This document shows positions 1 to 8,492 of a DNA stretch of 32,000 nucleotides, in pieces. The stretch is taken from contig NZ_JHUX01000003.1 of the NCBI RefSeq assembly GCF_000619845.1, positions 1,660,064-1,692,063 on the forward strand, in the 5' to 3' direction. Each line of letters begins with the position of its first letter. The first letter of the stretch is position 1. Made by a program: the position numbers and the translations under genes. The notes beneath the pieces are model-generated. The model made no database searches, was not told the DNA's origin, and saw nothing but the letters and a program-made list of their open reading frames with translations. This DNA comes from Alkanindiges illinoisensis DSM 15370 (GTDB lineage: Bacteria > Pseudomonadota > Gammaproteobacteria > Pseudomonadales > Moraxellaceae).

Positions 1-774
1 CTGGGCTTGTCAGGTGGGGTGGATTCTGCCCTTTGCCTTGCCATTGCCGTGGATGCGTTGGGGCCAGAACGTGTAAATGCCGTAATGATGCCATTTGCCT
101 ATACCGCGCAAATTAGTCTTGACGATGCGGCTGCACAGGCCAAGCGCCTGAATGTGGCTTATCACGTGGCTGAAATCCACAACATTGTGCATAGCTTTGC
201 CAACACTTTGCACCCGTTCTTTGGGGACAGCGATGTGGGCGTTACTGAAGAAAACCTGCAAGCCCGTACCCGCGGCACCTTGCTAATGGCACTATCCAAC
301 AAGTTTGGCCATCTGGTACTTACCACCGGCAACAAGTCGGAAATGGCAGTGGGTTATGCTACCCTGTATGGCGACATGGCTGGTGGTTATGATGTGCTTA
401 AGGATGTGTACAAAACTGAAGTGTTTGAGCTGTGCCGCTACCGGAATTCGCTGGAAGAAAGCCCGGTGATTCCGGAACGCGTGATTACCCGTCCGCCCTC
501 TGCCGAGTTACGCCCGGATCAGGTGGATCAGGATTCATTACCCCCATACGAAATTCTGGATGCCATTCTACAGGGTTACATTGAGCATGACCTGAGCCAG
601 ACTGAACTGGTGGAAAAAGGGTTTGATTGTGATGTGGTGAACCGTATTATCAAGATGGTAGACCGGAACGAATACAAGCGCCGTCAGGCAGCCATCGGTC
701 CCCGCGTTACCAGCCGTGCTTTTGGCCGCGAACGTCGCTATCCACTGGTGAATGGCTGGCAGGCCGGAGATTAA
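1..774 (+). CDS. nadE: NAD+ synthetase, C-terminal synthetase domain (5' end truncated by the window edge)
   Basis: The frame is open from base 1 (LGLSGGVDS...). It carries the SGGxDS PP-loop ATP pyrophosphatase motif, then 'TTGNKSEMAVGYATLYGD' and 'RPPSAELRPDQ.DQDSLPPY', typical of NadE. Stop TAA at 772-774. Confidence 0.9.
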   Translation: MGLSGGVDSALCLAIAVDALGPERVNAVMMPFAYTAQISLDDAAAQAKRLNVAYHVAEIHNIVHSFANTLHPFFGDSDVGVTEENLQARTRGTLLMALSNKFGHLVLTTGNKSEMAVGYATLYGDMAGGYDVLKDVYKTEVFELCRYRNSLEESPVIPERVITRPPSAELRPDQVDQDSLPPYEILDAILQGYIEHDLSQTELVEKGFDCDVVNRIIKMVDRNEYKRRQAAIGPRVTSRAFGRERRYPLVNGWQAGD

Positions 775-780
775 TCCTTA

Positions 781-1914
781 ATGACCCAGTCATCCTCCAA
801 TCCATCCTCTGAGACACCTGATCAGGCTTTAAATCAACCGGTAGCATCCTGTGTTCCTGCAACACAGGCACGCTTACTGGCTGAACAGTTACTTGAAGCC
901 CAGGTGGCGTTTGTCAAAGCGCGTCTGAGTAATGCCGAGGTGAGTGATCACGCAGCCAGCCTGATTAATTTTTGTCTGGAACAGGGCAAGGACATTACCC
1001 TGGAAGAAGTGGTTAGTGCCCAAAGCATTCGTGATGTGGTTCAGGTCTATGCTTTTGACCTGAATCTGGGTGCTGGTGTCATTGAACTGATTGGTGCGAT
1101 GGCGCAACGCTTGTATAGTGAAGCCAATCATCTGGCGCCTACCCTGCAAACCCTGATTTCCAGCCACCAGCTGGAACAGTGGATTGACAAGATTCTGGAG
1201 CTGGATCAGGTGCGGCATCATCTGGTACAGGCCGTGTTGCAAAGCCCGGCAGCTCACGAGGTGATTGGGCAGATTATTTCAAGCCTGCTAAAAAAACAGT
1301 TGCCCAACTGGCGTGAACAAATTTCAGAGCAACTGGGCAGCGGCTGGATGGCCAAAACGCCTTTGCTGCCACGCCTGATGAAACTGTTGTTGCAACAGGA
1401 AGAAAAACTGTTATCCATTGCTGAGCAGCATTTAAGCCAGTTTATCCAGAATCAGGGCACACAGTTACTGAATCTGGATGCTGAAGAACTAAAAGATATT
1501 GCATGGCAAGTCTGGCTAAATATCAAGGACATTCCACTGAATGAATTATCCAGTGGTATTGAAGCGCTGGACATTGAAGAATTTTTTGTTTTGATTTATG
1601 AGCTGTGGCGTGAGTTGCGCCAGACTGAATATTTGCAGCGCCTGATCTTCACTGGCATTGATGTATTTTTTGAAGTGTATGGCGACTATCCGGTATCCGA
1701 ATTGCTGGAAGAAATTGGCATTAGCAAGCAGCACCTAATCAATGACGGGAACCGTTTTTTGCCACAAGCCATTGCAGCCCTCAACCAGCATCATGTGCTG
1801 GATCAACTAATCCGCCTGCAACTCAGCGATTTTTATCTCAGTTCGTCTACCTTAAATTTAATTCAGCAAAGTTTGTTGACAACCACCACGATCCAGCCAG
1901 CCTCACCTGAATAA
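781..1914 (+). CDS. Hypothetical protein, predicted all-helical, Leu/Gln-rich, no family recognised
   Basis: 377-aa ORF. Its ATG lies 6 nt after the nadE stop, with GGAGA about 11 nt upstream, which suggests translational coupling. No motif recognised. Confidence 0.6.
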   Translation: MTQSSSNPSSETPDQALNQPVASCVPATQARLLAEQLLEAQVAFVKARLSNAEVSDHAASLINFCLEQGKDITLEEVVSAQSIRDVVQVYAFDLNLGAGVIELIGAMAQRLYSEANHLAPTLQTLISSHQLEQWIDKILELDQVRHHLVQAVLQSPAAHEVIGQIISSLLKKQLPNWREQISEQLGSGWMAKTPLLPRLMKLLLQQEEKLLSIAEQHLSQFIQNQGTQLLNLDAEELKDIAWQVWLNIKDIPLNELSSGIEALDIEEFFVLIYELWRELRQTEYLQRLIFTGIDVFFEVYGDYPVSELLEEIGISKQHLINDGNRFLPQAIAALNQHHVLDQLIRLQLSDFYLSSSTLNLIQQSLLTTTTIQPASPE

Positions 1915-1954
1915 ATAGGCAATCCTTCTTTAACAGGCTGTACAGCGGCGCTGG

Positions 1955-2413
1955 TTACTGGTTTTTATCCTGCTCCAGCTCATTAATTAGCTGCTTCATC
2001 CGGGTAATTTCTTCTTTTTGCGTTTGAATAATTCCATCTGCCAGTTCCCGCACCCGCGGGTCTTGAATACTGGCGCGCTCACTGGTCAGGATGGCAATGG
2101 AATGATGCGGAATCATGGCTTTCATCCATGAAATCTGGTCCACTGTGGCCTGACTGCGCACCAGCCACAATGACAGCACGGCAACAATTCCACTGGCCGC
2201 ATAAATCATCAGGTTATGTTTTTTATTTTTATACATGCCCTGCATAAAAGTCAGCATGATGATTGCCATGACTGCGCCCATAAAAATAGCCATATAGACC
2301 CGGGTTTCACTAAAATAAATATGCTCAGCCTCATACACATTGCTATACATCATGACAAACATGGCTAGTGTGGAAGTTAGAATCATCAGGCACAATTTCA
2401 AATAAGGATTCAT
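1955..2413 (-). CDS. Membrane protein with C-terminal DUF305-like half-domain (putative metal/copper-handling four-helix module)
   Basis: Three N-terminal hydrophobic helices. They are followed by 'MIPHHSIAILTSE' and 'LADGIIQTQKEEITRMKQLI', which resemble the MxxHHxxAI / IIxxQxxEIxxM signature of DUF305. AAGGA RBS about 8 nt upstream of the ATG. Confidence 0.6.
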   Translation of the reverse strand: MNPYLKLCLMILTSTLAMFVMMYSNVYEAEHIYFSETRVYMAIFMGAVMAIIMLTFMQGMYKNKKHNLMIYAASGIVAVLSLWLVRSQATVDQISWMKAMIPHHSIAILTSERASIQDPRVRELADGIIQTQKEEITRMKQLINELEQDKNQ

Positions 2414-2467
2414 TTGTAGTCCTTGTTTTTCTAAATGAATCCTTACCTTAATCAGATCTGGGCCATT

Positions 2468-2487
2468 TTTAAGTAGTGTTTAAGTAG
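2468..2487. repeat. Tandem direct repeat TTTAAGTAG-tg-TTTAAGTAG (11-bp register) upstream of the DUF305-like gene; possible regulator binding site
   Basis: Exact 9-mer at 2468-2476 and again at 2479-2487, 55-75 bp upstream of the start codon at 2413. Confidence 0.4.
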
Positions 2488-2537
2488 GCAAATGTATAGA
2501 GGCATTTATCCAAGCAATATTTTGCTTGCGGCATGGC

Positions 2538-2804
2538 TTAGCGAATGGTAATAACTTCACAAAACCCGATTTCGTCAAGTACCGTATGATGCTGTAAATC
2601 GTATAGATAAACCTTACTCAACGTATGCTGGAAAGTCTTTTTAAGCGCCACATGCATGAATTTTTCCAGCTTGAGTTGCTGCCACAGTTTTTCGTAGCCA
2701 GACGTAATGCGGTGAATGTATAAATCGTCTTCCATATAGGCAGGTTCGCCATCAATGGAAAAAGAGACATTGGGATTGTCTTGTACCAGTAAGTCAATAA
2801 TCAT
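2538..2804 (-). CDS. Hypothetical small protein (88 aa) downstream of the BLUF gene
   Basis: ORF with a strong GGGAGAG RBS 5-6 nt upstream of the ATG. Same strand as the BLUF gene, 102 bp downstream of it. A 7-bp stem hairpin (2511-2528) follows its stop. Confidence 0.55.
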   Translation of the reverse strand: MIIDLLVQDNPNVSFSIDGEPAYMEDDLYIHRITSGYEKLWQQLKLEKFMHVALKKTFQHTLSKVYLYDLQHHTVLDEIGFCEVITIR

Positions 2805-2906
2805 GCTGCTCTCCCTTCATTTCCTGTCCTTTTATGGTAAAACGAGAAAAAATCGGTGCTATATCTGTTTGGTTAAACAAAATGATCTAATCTTCACAAA
2901 GCTGGC

Positions 2907-3497
2907 TTAAAACAGGAAAAAACCGGATGTACTGGGCATTAAGGTAACAATTAAATACAATGGAATGAGTAGCATCAAGATAAGCACACCCACAGTGGCC
3001 ATATCCTTAAGGCTCATGACATAAGTATTTTGATCAGCTTCAAGTCCTCTCAGTACCTGCATAGTAGTGGCAGAATTGCTGGAATTACGGCTGTATAGAA
3101 CATCGAGAAATGAATGGATCAGCTGATTATTGAGTAAATAAGGATTAAAGCCTGCCAGCTGGTTGTGCTGGAAAAAATGTTCAATAGGTTGTTCAAAGTG
3201 GGTATAGCGCGAGCCCCACTGCTCAAACTTGAGCTGCTCTGCCACATCGTAAAACAGCAGTGAAACACCCTGATGGCGCAAGTCCTTTAGCAAGTGCTGG
3301 TACAGGCGGTCAACCTCGGGTTTTCTGCCTTCTATATACTGGAAAAAATAGCCATTGCCGTAGAGCAGTACGCCAGTAAGCTGATGGTTAAAATTATACT
3401 GCCGGGCGGATTCAAAAATCTGGATTAGATCATTGCGGATATGCACCGGATTGGCAGTTGCCGTACTGGCATAGGCCAGTCGAACATAAGGTATCAT
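2907..3497 (-). CDS. BLUF-domain blue-light photoreceptor (BlsA-like short BLUF) with an extra C-terminal hydrophobic helix
   Basis: BLUF signature is present: 'VRLAYAS' (conserved Tyr), 'LTGVLLYGNGYFFQYIEG' (conserved Gln), 'DLRH' and 'FEQW'. The C-terminal segment 'MATVGVLILMLLIPLYLIVTLMP' is a predicted TM helix. Confidence 0.85.
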   Translation of the reverse strand: MIPYVRLAYASTATANPVHIRNDLIQIFESARQYNFNHQLTGVLLYGNGYFFQYIEGRKPEVDRLYQHLLKDLRHQGVSLLFYDVAEQLKFEQWGSRYTHFEQPIEHFFQHNQLAGFNPYLLNNQLIHSFLDVLYSRNSSNSATTMQVLRGLEADQNTYVMSLKDMATVGVLILMLLIPLYLIVTLMPSTSGFFLF

Positions 3498-3686
3498 TAT
3501 TATCTTCTATTAAGTGGAGCCATCTTGGCTTCTCAAGGCTTCAGTGTACGCCTAAAAAATAATCAAATCCATTATTTATAAAAATAACTTAATATAAGCG
3601 TAAATATTTCTTACTAATTATGAAGCTGGGGCTTATCAATCCTGTAGGTGATTTAATACCACTACATGCAGATAAAAGACGGACAT

Positions 3687-3714
3687 AAAAAAAGTCCAGT
3701 CTGAGAGACTGGAC
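3687..3714 (-). terminator. Rho-independent terminator downstream of tRNA-fMet
   Basis: On the minus strand: GTCCAGTCT-CTC-AGACTGGAC (9-bp perfect stem) followed by a T7 run. Confidence 0.7.
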
Positions 3715-3761
3715 TATAAAACTTGTATTTCAAAAATCTTTACCATTGTCTTAATAAACAA

Positions 3762-3838
<77 letters not shown>

Positions 3839-4288
3839 GCAGAGGTGGCATTTATACGCGCCTGTGGCTGCCGCGTCAACATAAATTTTGGTTTGTTTTA
3901 TCTATTGCACGTTTTTTGAGTAATTCTGTGTGTTTTTGCTCAAAAAATAGCTTAGTGATAGCTCATCATTGCAGTACTAACCAGCACATAAGTGGCAATC
4001 AGGAACAAGGGTAAAAAAACAGAAATCAGGATGATCTGGTTCATTTTCATGGCAGGCTCTCAGTTACCTCAATAAGGAAGCCATAGACTACTGAATAGAT
4101 ATTTAAGCCCGATTACAGTACGGGCGTCATGGCCAGCAAGCGCTTAACCAATAGATTTTCTGCTGTGGGTTAACGCGCCAGCAATCAGAACAGCTAGAAC
4201 ATTGCCTCGCTGATTTAGCTAGTTATTATATAGCTTGCTATTATTTTGCTAATCATGCCTTGACTGGCCTAGGCTGACTCCCCCTGCC

Positions 4289-5314
4289 TTAACTAACCTG
4301 ATAACGCCTTAGCTCCTCTGGATCATGGGCGCAAAATAGCGATACTTCATCAGCATGCTGGAGCGCCAGTTGCCGCAAGCGTGCCAGGTTTTCTCGCCGT
4401 GGCTGCGCATAGGTCTGAACCAGCTTTTCAAAAAACCGCAGTCCTGCTGGCATACGTGGCTGAGCACTCACCTGGCTGTGATGGAAATAGGCATCACCAC
4501 AGTGCAATAGCCATTTTTTGTCTTGCCGTACTGCAACACCCACATGCCCTTTGGTATGACCAATTAATGGAATCAACAGCAGGTCATCAGCCAGTTCGGC
4601 AATTGGGGCGATGGCTTCAAAGCCAAACCATAATTTTTGTGCCTGACCTTGATGCTGGCTGTGTACCACCCACTGTGGCTGGTGTTCAAACTGTACTGAA
4701 CGGAAGCGCAACAGGTCTCGCATGTCGGGTTGTACAATTTGTAGGAATTCCGGCTCAAGTACATGCACCTTGGCATCAGGAAAGTCACTTAAGCCGCCAG
4801 CATGATCAAGATCCAGATGTGTTGGCATCAGGTGGCGTACCTCTTTTAAGTCGTAACCCAACGCCTGAATCTGGTACAGCGCCGTTTCGGTCTTGTCCAG
4901 CGTGGGTCTGGCCAGTCGTAAAAAAGTGTCACCCAATCGGCCACGGGGATTCTGGATATCGCGGCTGCCAAAGCCACAATCCACCAGAATCAAACCCAGC
5001 GTGGTTTCAACCAGCAGGCAGTGACAAACCAGCCGGGCCGGTTTTTTCCAGCTGCCATAGCCATTAATCAGCTTTTGGCAGGCCGGGCACATGGTGCCGC
5101 AATTTAAATGATGAATACGCACAATACTAGCCTTGCTGTGGCCACGTTGTTTATCCTGGCTGTCGGGCTGGTCATCAGTAGCACAAGCTGTCGCTTTACT
5201 GTTGATATCCTGAATGGCCGCTGTGCTGATTTTAAAGCGATTCATTTTGGGTGCATTCCATTTAAGCATGGGAGACTGCAAAGCACGGGTTGCACGATTT
5301 TTGTTGTCATTCAT
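4289..5314 (-). CDS. MBL-fold metallo-hydrolase with a low-complexity N-terminal extension
   Basis: Core starts at 'IHHLNCGTMCP'. Metal motif 'THLDLDHAGG' is an HxDxDH variant of HxHxDH, and later His/Asp residues follow ('GHTKGH', 'HCGDAY'). Start is uncertain. ATG at 5314 has AGGAAG/AAGAAG upstream. The six-frame ORF extends to a TTG at 5383 with no RBS. Confidence 0.8.
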   Translation of the reverse strand: MNDNKNRATRALQSPMLKWNAPKMNRFKISTAAIQDINSKATACATDDQPDSQDKQRGHSKASIVRIHHLNCGTMCPACQKLINGYGSWKKPARLVCHCLLVETTLGLILVDCGFGSRDIQNPRGRLGDTFLRLARPTLDKTETALYQIQALGYDLKEVRHLMPTHLDLDHAGGLSDFPDAKVHVLEPEFLQIVQPDMRDLLRFRSVQFEHQPQWVVHSQHQGQAQKLWFGFEAIAPIAELADDLLLIPLIGHTKGHVGVAVRQDKKWLLHCGDAYFHHSQVSAQPRMPAGLRFFEKLVQTYAQPRRENLARLRQLALQHADEVSLFCAHDPEELRRYQVS

Positions 5315-5664
5315 GGCTTCTTGGCTTCCTGCTGGCTGATTGCTTGGCCTGACTAATTGCTTGGCATGAGGCTTGCTCTTCAACTGGCAGTATTATTTTT
5401 TTTAAGATAAAAGTTTTGACAGCTTCTACCAGCTTTTATACAAATTGCGCCAGACAGTTGCTCAGGTTGTTTCTTTTGCTGCTAGAACGCATATTTCCCA
5501 CACGCATAATTTTAACAATTTGCGCTACAGTGCAAAAAATTTCCCGTAAATATTTTTATATTCAACAGCTTAATTTCCAGGTTTTTTAAGAAAAATCCGG
5601 ACTGCATATTCATCATACAGCCAGATTTTCTGATAAAAAATTTTCATTTAAATGAATTACTTTA

Positions 5665-6762
5665 TTAATCCAGTCGATAAAAACGCTTGGCATTATCGCG
5701 GAAAATTGCTTGCATGGCGGCGTCTCCATAAGGCTGAATCATGCGGGCATAAGCCTCCATCAGATTGCTCAGGCTAGTATTGACCTTGTCCATGGGAAAG
5801 TTGGAGGCATAAATGATGCGCTGGGTCCCAAACACGGCAATGGCGTTTTCAATGAGTGGTGAAAGTAAATCAACCATTTGGCTGGCACTGGCCAACTGGC
5901 GGTTTTTATAAAACGCATGACCCAGTACCGGCATCATCAGGCCGGAAATTTTGGCATACACATTGGGCTGTTCAGCCAGTTGTGCAATATCATCTTGCCA
6001 GCGCGCAAAAATGTCCTGACGGGCAGCATCCGTTACCCCGGTATAGTTTCCCACCGGCCCAAACAGGCCAACGGGTGTGCCTAGATGATCCAGTACCATC
6101 GGCGTCTCTGGAAAGGTGCTGGCCAGTTGCGTCACATCTGCAATTTGCGTGGAATAAACCCATGCATCAAAGCTAAGGCCGTTTTTGGCAAACTGTTCAA
6201 AGCCTGCCAGAAACTTGCGGCTGGTATACAAATGCGCTTCATCGCTCCATTGATGCACACCCGGATCAGGATGATGTGAGGCCATGCGCCGCAAGCCGCG
6301 CAACAAGGGCGTTTGTGCCTGATGCAATTGCAGGATTTTTTTAAACCTGCGGTCTGTAAAGTCAGCTGTAGCGACAATGCCACCCAGACGAATGCCGTGC
6401 TGTTCAAACGGCAGTTGTTTAACCCAGCGAGTTTCACCCACTACACCGTTGCCTTTGTGGTCGTGCCAGCTGGCTTCAATATGCACCACTTGCTCGACCT
6501 GATAACCGGACTGTTGATCGCCAGCCAATCCATTATCGCCGAGATCAGCAGCATAATTAGCTGGTAAGTACGGTGCCAGTGCATAATCCGTTAGACCCAG
6601 CATATCTATTAGTGGCTGAGGTTTAACCAGCCGCACTACCTTGTCCATTAAGGCGGGATGCTGACCCAGCAGCTTTACCAGTAGGGCTGCAGTATGCGGT
6701 GTATGGTACGGGTCCCATTGGTGAATATGCGGGTCAACAATTGGAAAATTAATTAAATTCAT
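5665..6762 (-). CDS. Amidohydrolase-2 type (TIM-barrel metal-dependent hydrolase/decarboxylase family) protein
   Basis: N-terminal 'IVDPHIHQWD' HxH metal motif. Length and C-terminal 'FRDNAKRFY' are typical of the PF04909-like family. GGAG RBS upstream of the ATG. Confidence 0.8.
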   Translation of the reverse strand: MNLINFPIVDPHIHQWDPYHTPHTAALLVKLLGQHPALMDKVVRLVKPQPLIDMLGLTDYALAPYLPANYAADLGDNGLAGDQQSGYQVEQVVHIEASWHDHKGNGVVGETRWVKQLPFEQHGIRLGGIVATADFTDRRFKKILQLHQAQTPLLRGLRRMASHHPDPGVHQWSDEAHLYTSRKFLAGFEQFAKNGLSFDAWVYSTQIADVTQLASTFPETPMVLDHLGTPVGLFGPVGNYTGVTDAARQDIFARWQDDIAQLAEQPNVYAKISGLMMPVLGHAFYKNRQLASASQMVDLLSPLIENAIAVFGTQRIIYASNFPMDKVNTSLSNLMEAYARMIQPYGDAAMQAIFRDNAKRFYRLD

Positions 6763-6799
6763 GTCCTGCTCCCTGCTAAAATCTCCGTTTTAAATACAA

Positions 6800-6904
6800 T
6801 AGACTTCTTTTATAAGTAGCTTTCACCCCTCTTGCAAAACATATTTTTCATTCCCCTTATTAAGGAGTGAGCGAAGCGCAAGAGGGGGCTATGAAAGAAG
6901 TCTA
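6800..6904. repeat. Long imperfect inverted repeat (two-segment stem) right after the SDR stop; probable terminator or REP-like hairpin
   Basis: Outer arms TAGACTTCTTT (6800-6810) / AAAGAAGTCTA (6894-6904). Inner arms CCCCTCTTGC (6827-6836) / GCAAGAGGGG (6878-6887). On the minus strand it is followed by TTGTATTT. Confidence 0.5.
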
Positions 6905-6910
6905 ATGTAC

Positions 6911-7684
6911 TCAGCTCAGTTTATTGACCAGTCGCAACGGCAAATTACGCATCAAAAAGCCCAATGGTTTCCACGGCCAGTCGGGTACATAGGCCTTGAT
7001 CGGCTGTTTTTCTATTGCCTTAACCAGTGCTTTGCTGCCCACTTTTTCACTGACTTCAAACGGCAGTTTTTTGGCGCCTTCATTGAGTTCCGTGCGGATA
7101 TAGCCGGGGAAAATAGTTGAGACTTTGATTGGTGTATCAATCAGCTCAGCGCGGATGCCTTCAGTTAAATGCGCCAGTGCTGCCTTGCTGGCGGCATAAG
7201 TCGACAGGTGTTTTGGCAAGCCACGCATGGCCGACATCGAAGACATGGTCACCAGATGACCATAATTTTGCTTGCGGAAAATCTCAACCGCAGCTTCGCA
7301 TTGCGCCAGTGCAGCAATAAAGTTGGTTTCAGCCGTTTTGCGGTTAATCTCAAAATGGCCCTTGCCAATACGGCGACCTTCACCCACGCCAGCGTTAACA
7401 ATAATGCGGTCAAGCCTGCCAAACTGCGCAGCAAACTCACGAAACACGCTAAACACCTGGTCATAATTATTGACATCAAGGCTTTGAATGGCAACCGTAA
7501 TCCCATATTGCTGTTCAAGCTCGGCTTTTAGCTGCTCTAGCCGTTCCAGCCTGCGTGCACACAGGGCAAGGTTATAACCCACTGCTGCAAATTCGCGTGC
7601 CATGCCAGCGCCCAAGCCTGAACTGGCACCCGTAATTAAAATCACTTTGCCATTGCTGCTTAATACTTTCGGATTTGTTGCCAT
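6911..7684 (-). CDS. SDR-family NAD(P)-dependent oxidoreductase
   Basis: 'ILITGASSGLGAGMA' (TGxxxGxG), 'NAGVG', and 'YAASKAAL' (YxxxK). AGGAAC RBS. Confidence 0.9.
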   Translation of the reverse strand: MATNPKVLSSNGKVILITGASSGLGAGMAREFAAVGYNLALCARRLERLEQLKAELEQQYGITVAIQSLDVNNYDQVFSVFREFAAQFGRLDRIIVNAGVGEGRRIGKGHFEINRKTAETNFIAALAQCEAAVEIFRKQNYGHLVTMSSMSAMRGLPKHLSTYAASKAALAHLTEGIRAELIDTPIKVSTIFPGYIRTELNEGAKKLPFEVSEKVGSKALVKAIEKQPIKAYVPDWPWKPLGFLMRNLPLRLVNKLS

Positions 7685-7793
7685 ATTATTGTTCCTGCTT
7701 TATCAGAATAAAAAAACCAGACTGCGACCAGCCCACCAGCCCACCAGCACATCATGAATAGTTGGGATTAATGCCCGATTTTAATGCCTGCTG

Positions 7794-8486
7794 TTAATGC
7801 CACGTGAGCAAGTTACTGGCCTGACCACGAAAATGGTTATGCTCGTTAATACTCAGCACAGTATGTTTGCGGCCATCGCTGCGAATTTGCGTGATGCCGC
7901 AATTAACCAGTGCCCAGTTCAGCTCAAAGGTGGCCTGATCACTTAAGCCCATCAGCGCTTGCACAATCACAGAAATCACCCCGCCAGAGCTAAATACCAC
8001 GCTATGCTGCCCTACACTTTGCGTCACAATGTCATTGAGTGCAGCAAGACTGCGCGCCTGAAACTGCAGCCATGTTTCACTGTAATCGCAATCATATTCA
8101 CCGCATTGCCAGCGTTGCATGGCTGCCCCAAAGAGCTTGCCCAACGTTTTTTTGGGATGCTCAGTGGCTGCAATCGCCTGCATCAGCGCCTCCCGGGTGG
8201 GATAGCGCGCTGTATCGAGTTTCATCAAGACTTGTTCATGGTCAAACTCATTAAAGCCCGCATGAATGACTGGATTCAGCGCACAATTGGCAGCTTGCAG
8301 ACAGGTTTCTGCGGTTTGCTGGTGGCGGGTCATTGCGCCTATCCAGACGTGGTCAAACTGCTGTTGCTGATTGGCAAATAATTCACCTAAATGTGTGGAT
8401 TGTGCAAAGCCTTTGGATGAAAGCTGGTCATAATTGGCTGCGCCAAAGGAGGCCTGCCCGTGCCGGATTAAGGTAATGAGTGCCAT
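7794..8486 (-). CDS. Histidine phosphatase (phosphoglycerate mutase-like) family protein
   Basis: N-terminal 'LIRHGQASFG' RHG catalytic motif. The start lies 6 nt after the stop of the upstream kinase gene. Confidence 0.85.
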   Translation of the reverse strand: MALITLIRHGQASFGAANYDQLSSKGFAQSTHLGELFANQQQQFDHVWIGAMTRHQQTAETCLQAANCALNPVIHAGFNEFDHEQVLMKLDTARYPTREALMQAIAATEHPKKTLGKLFGAAMQRWQCGEYDCDYSETWLQFQARSLAALNDIVTQSVGQHSVVFSSGGVISVIVQALMGLSDQATFELNWALVNCGITQIRSDGRKHTVLSINEHNHFRGQASNLLTWH

Positions 8487-8492
8487 CGCTGC

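Noticed and set aside
4381-5067. 228-aa ORF on the plus strand, and a 71-aa minus-strand ORF at 4573-4788
   Set aside because: Both lie entirely inside the MBL-fold hydrolase gene, the first antisense and the second in another frame. The translations are Pro/Ala/Gly/His-rich with no motif, which is typical of shadow ORFs in GC-richer coding DNA.
5856-6567. Cluster of 60-106-aa ORFs on both strands within 5856-6567
   Set aside because: All are nested in the well-supported amidohydrolase gene (5665-6762) and show no independent motifs.
7728-7750. Tandem CCAGCCCA octamers considered as a CRISPR- or VNTR-like array
   Set aside because: There are only 2.9 copies with no spacers, which is far too short. 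It is reported only as a minor intergenic feature.
7129-8381. Antisense or alternate-frame ORFs (63-140 aa) inside the SDR and histidine phosphatase genes
   Set aside because: These are shadow ORFs. The sense frames carry clear SDR and RHG motifs.
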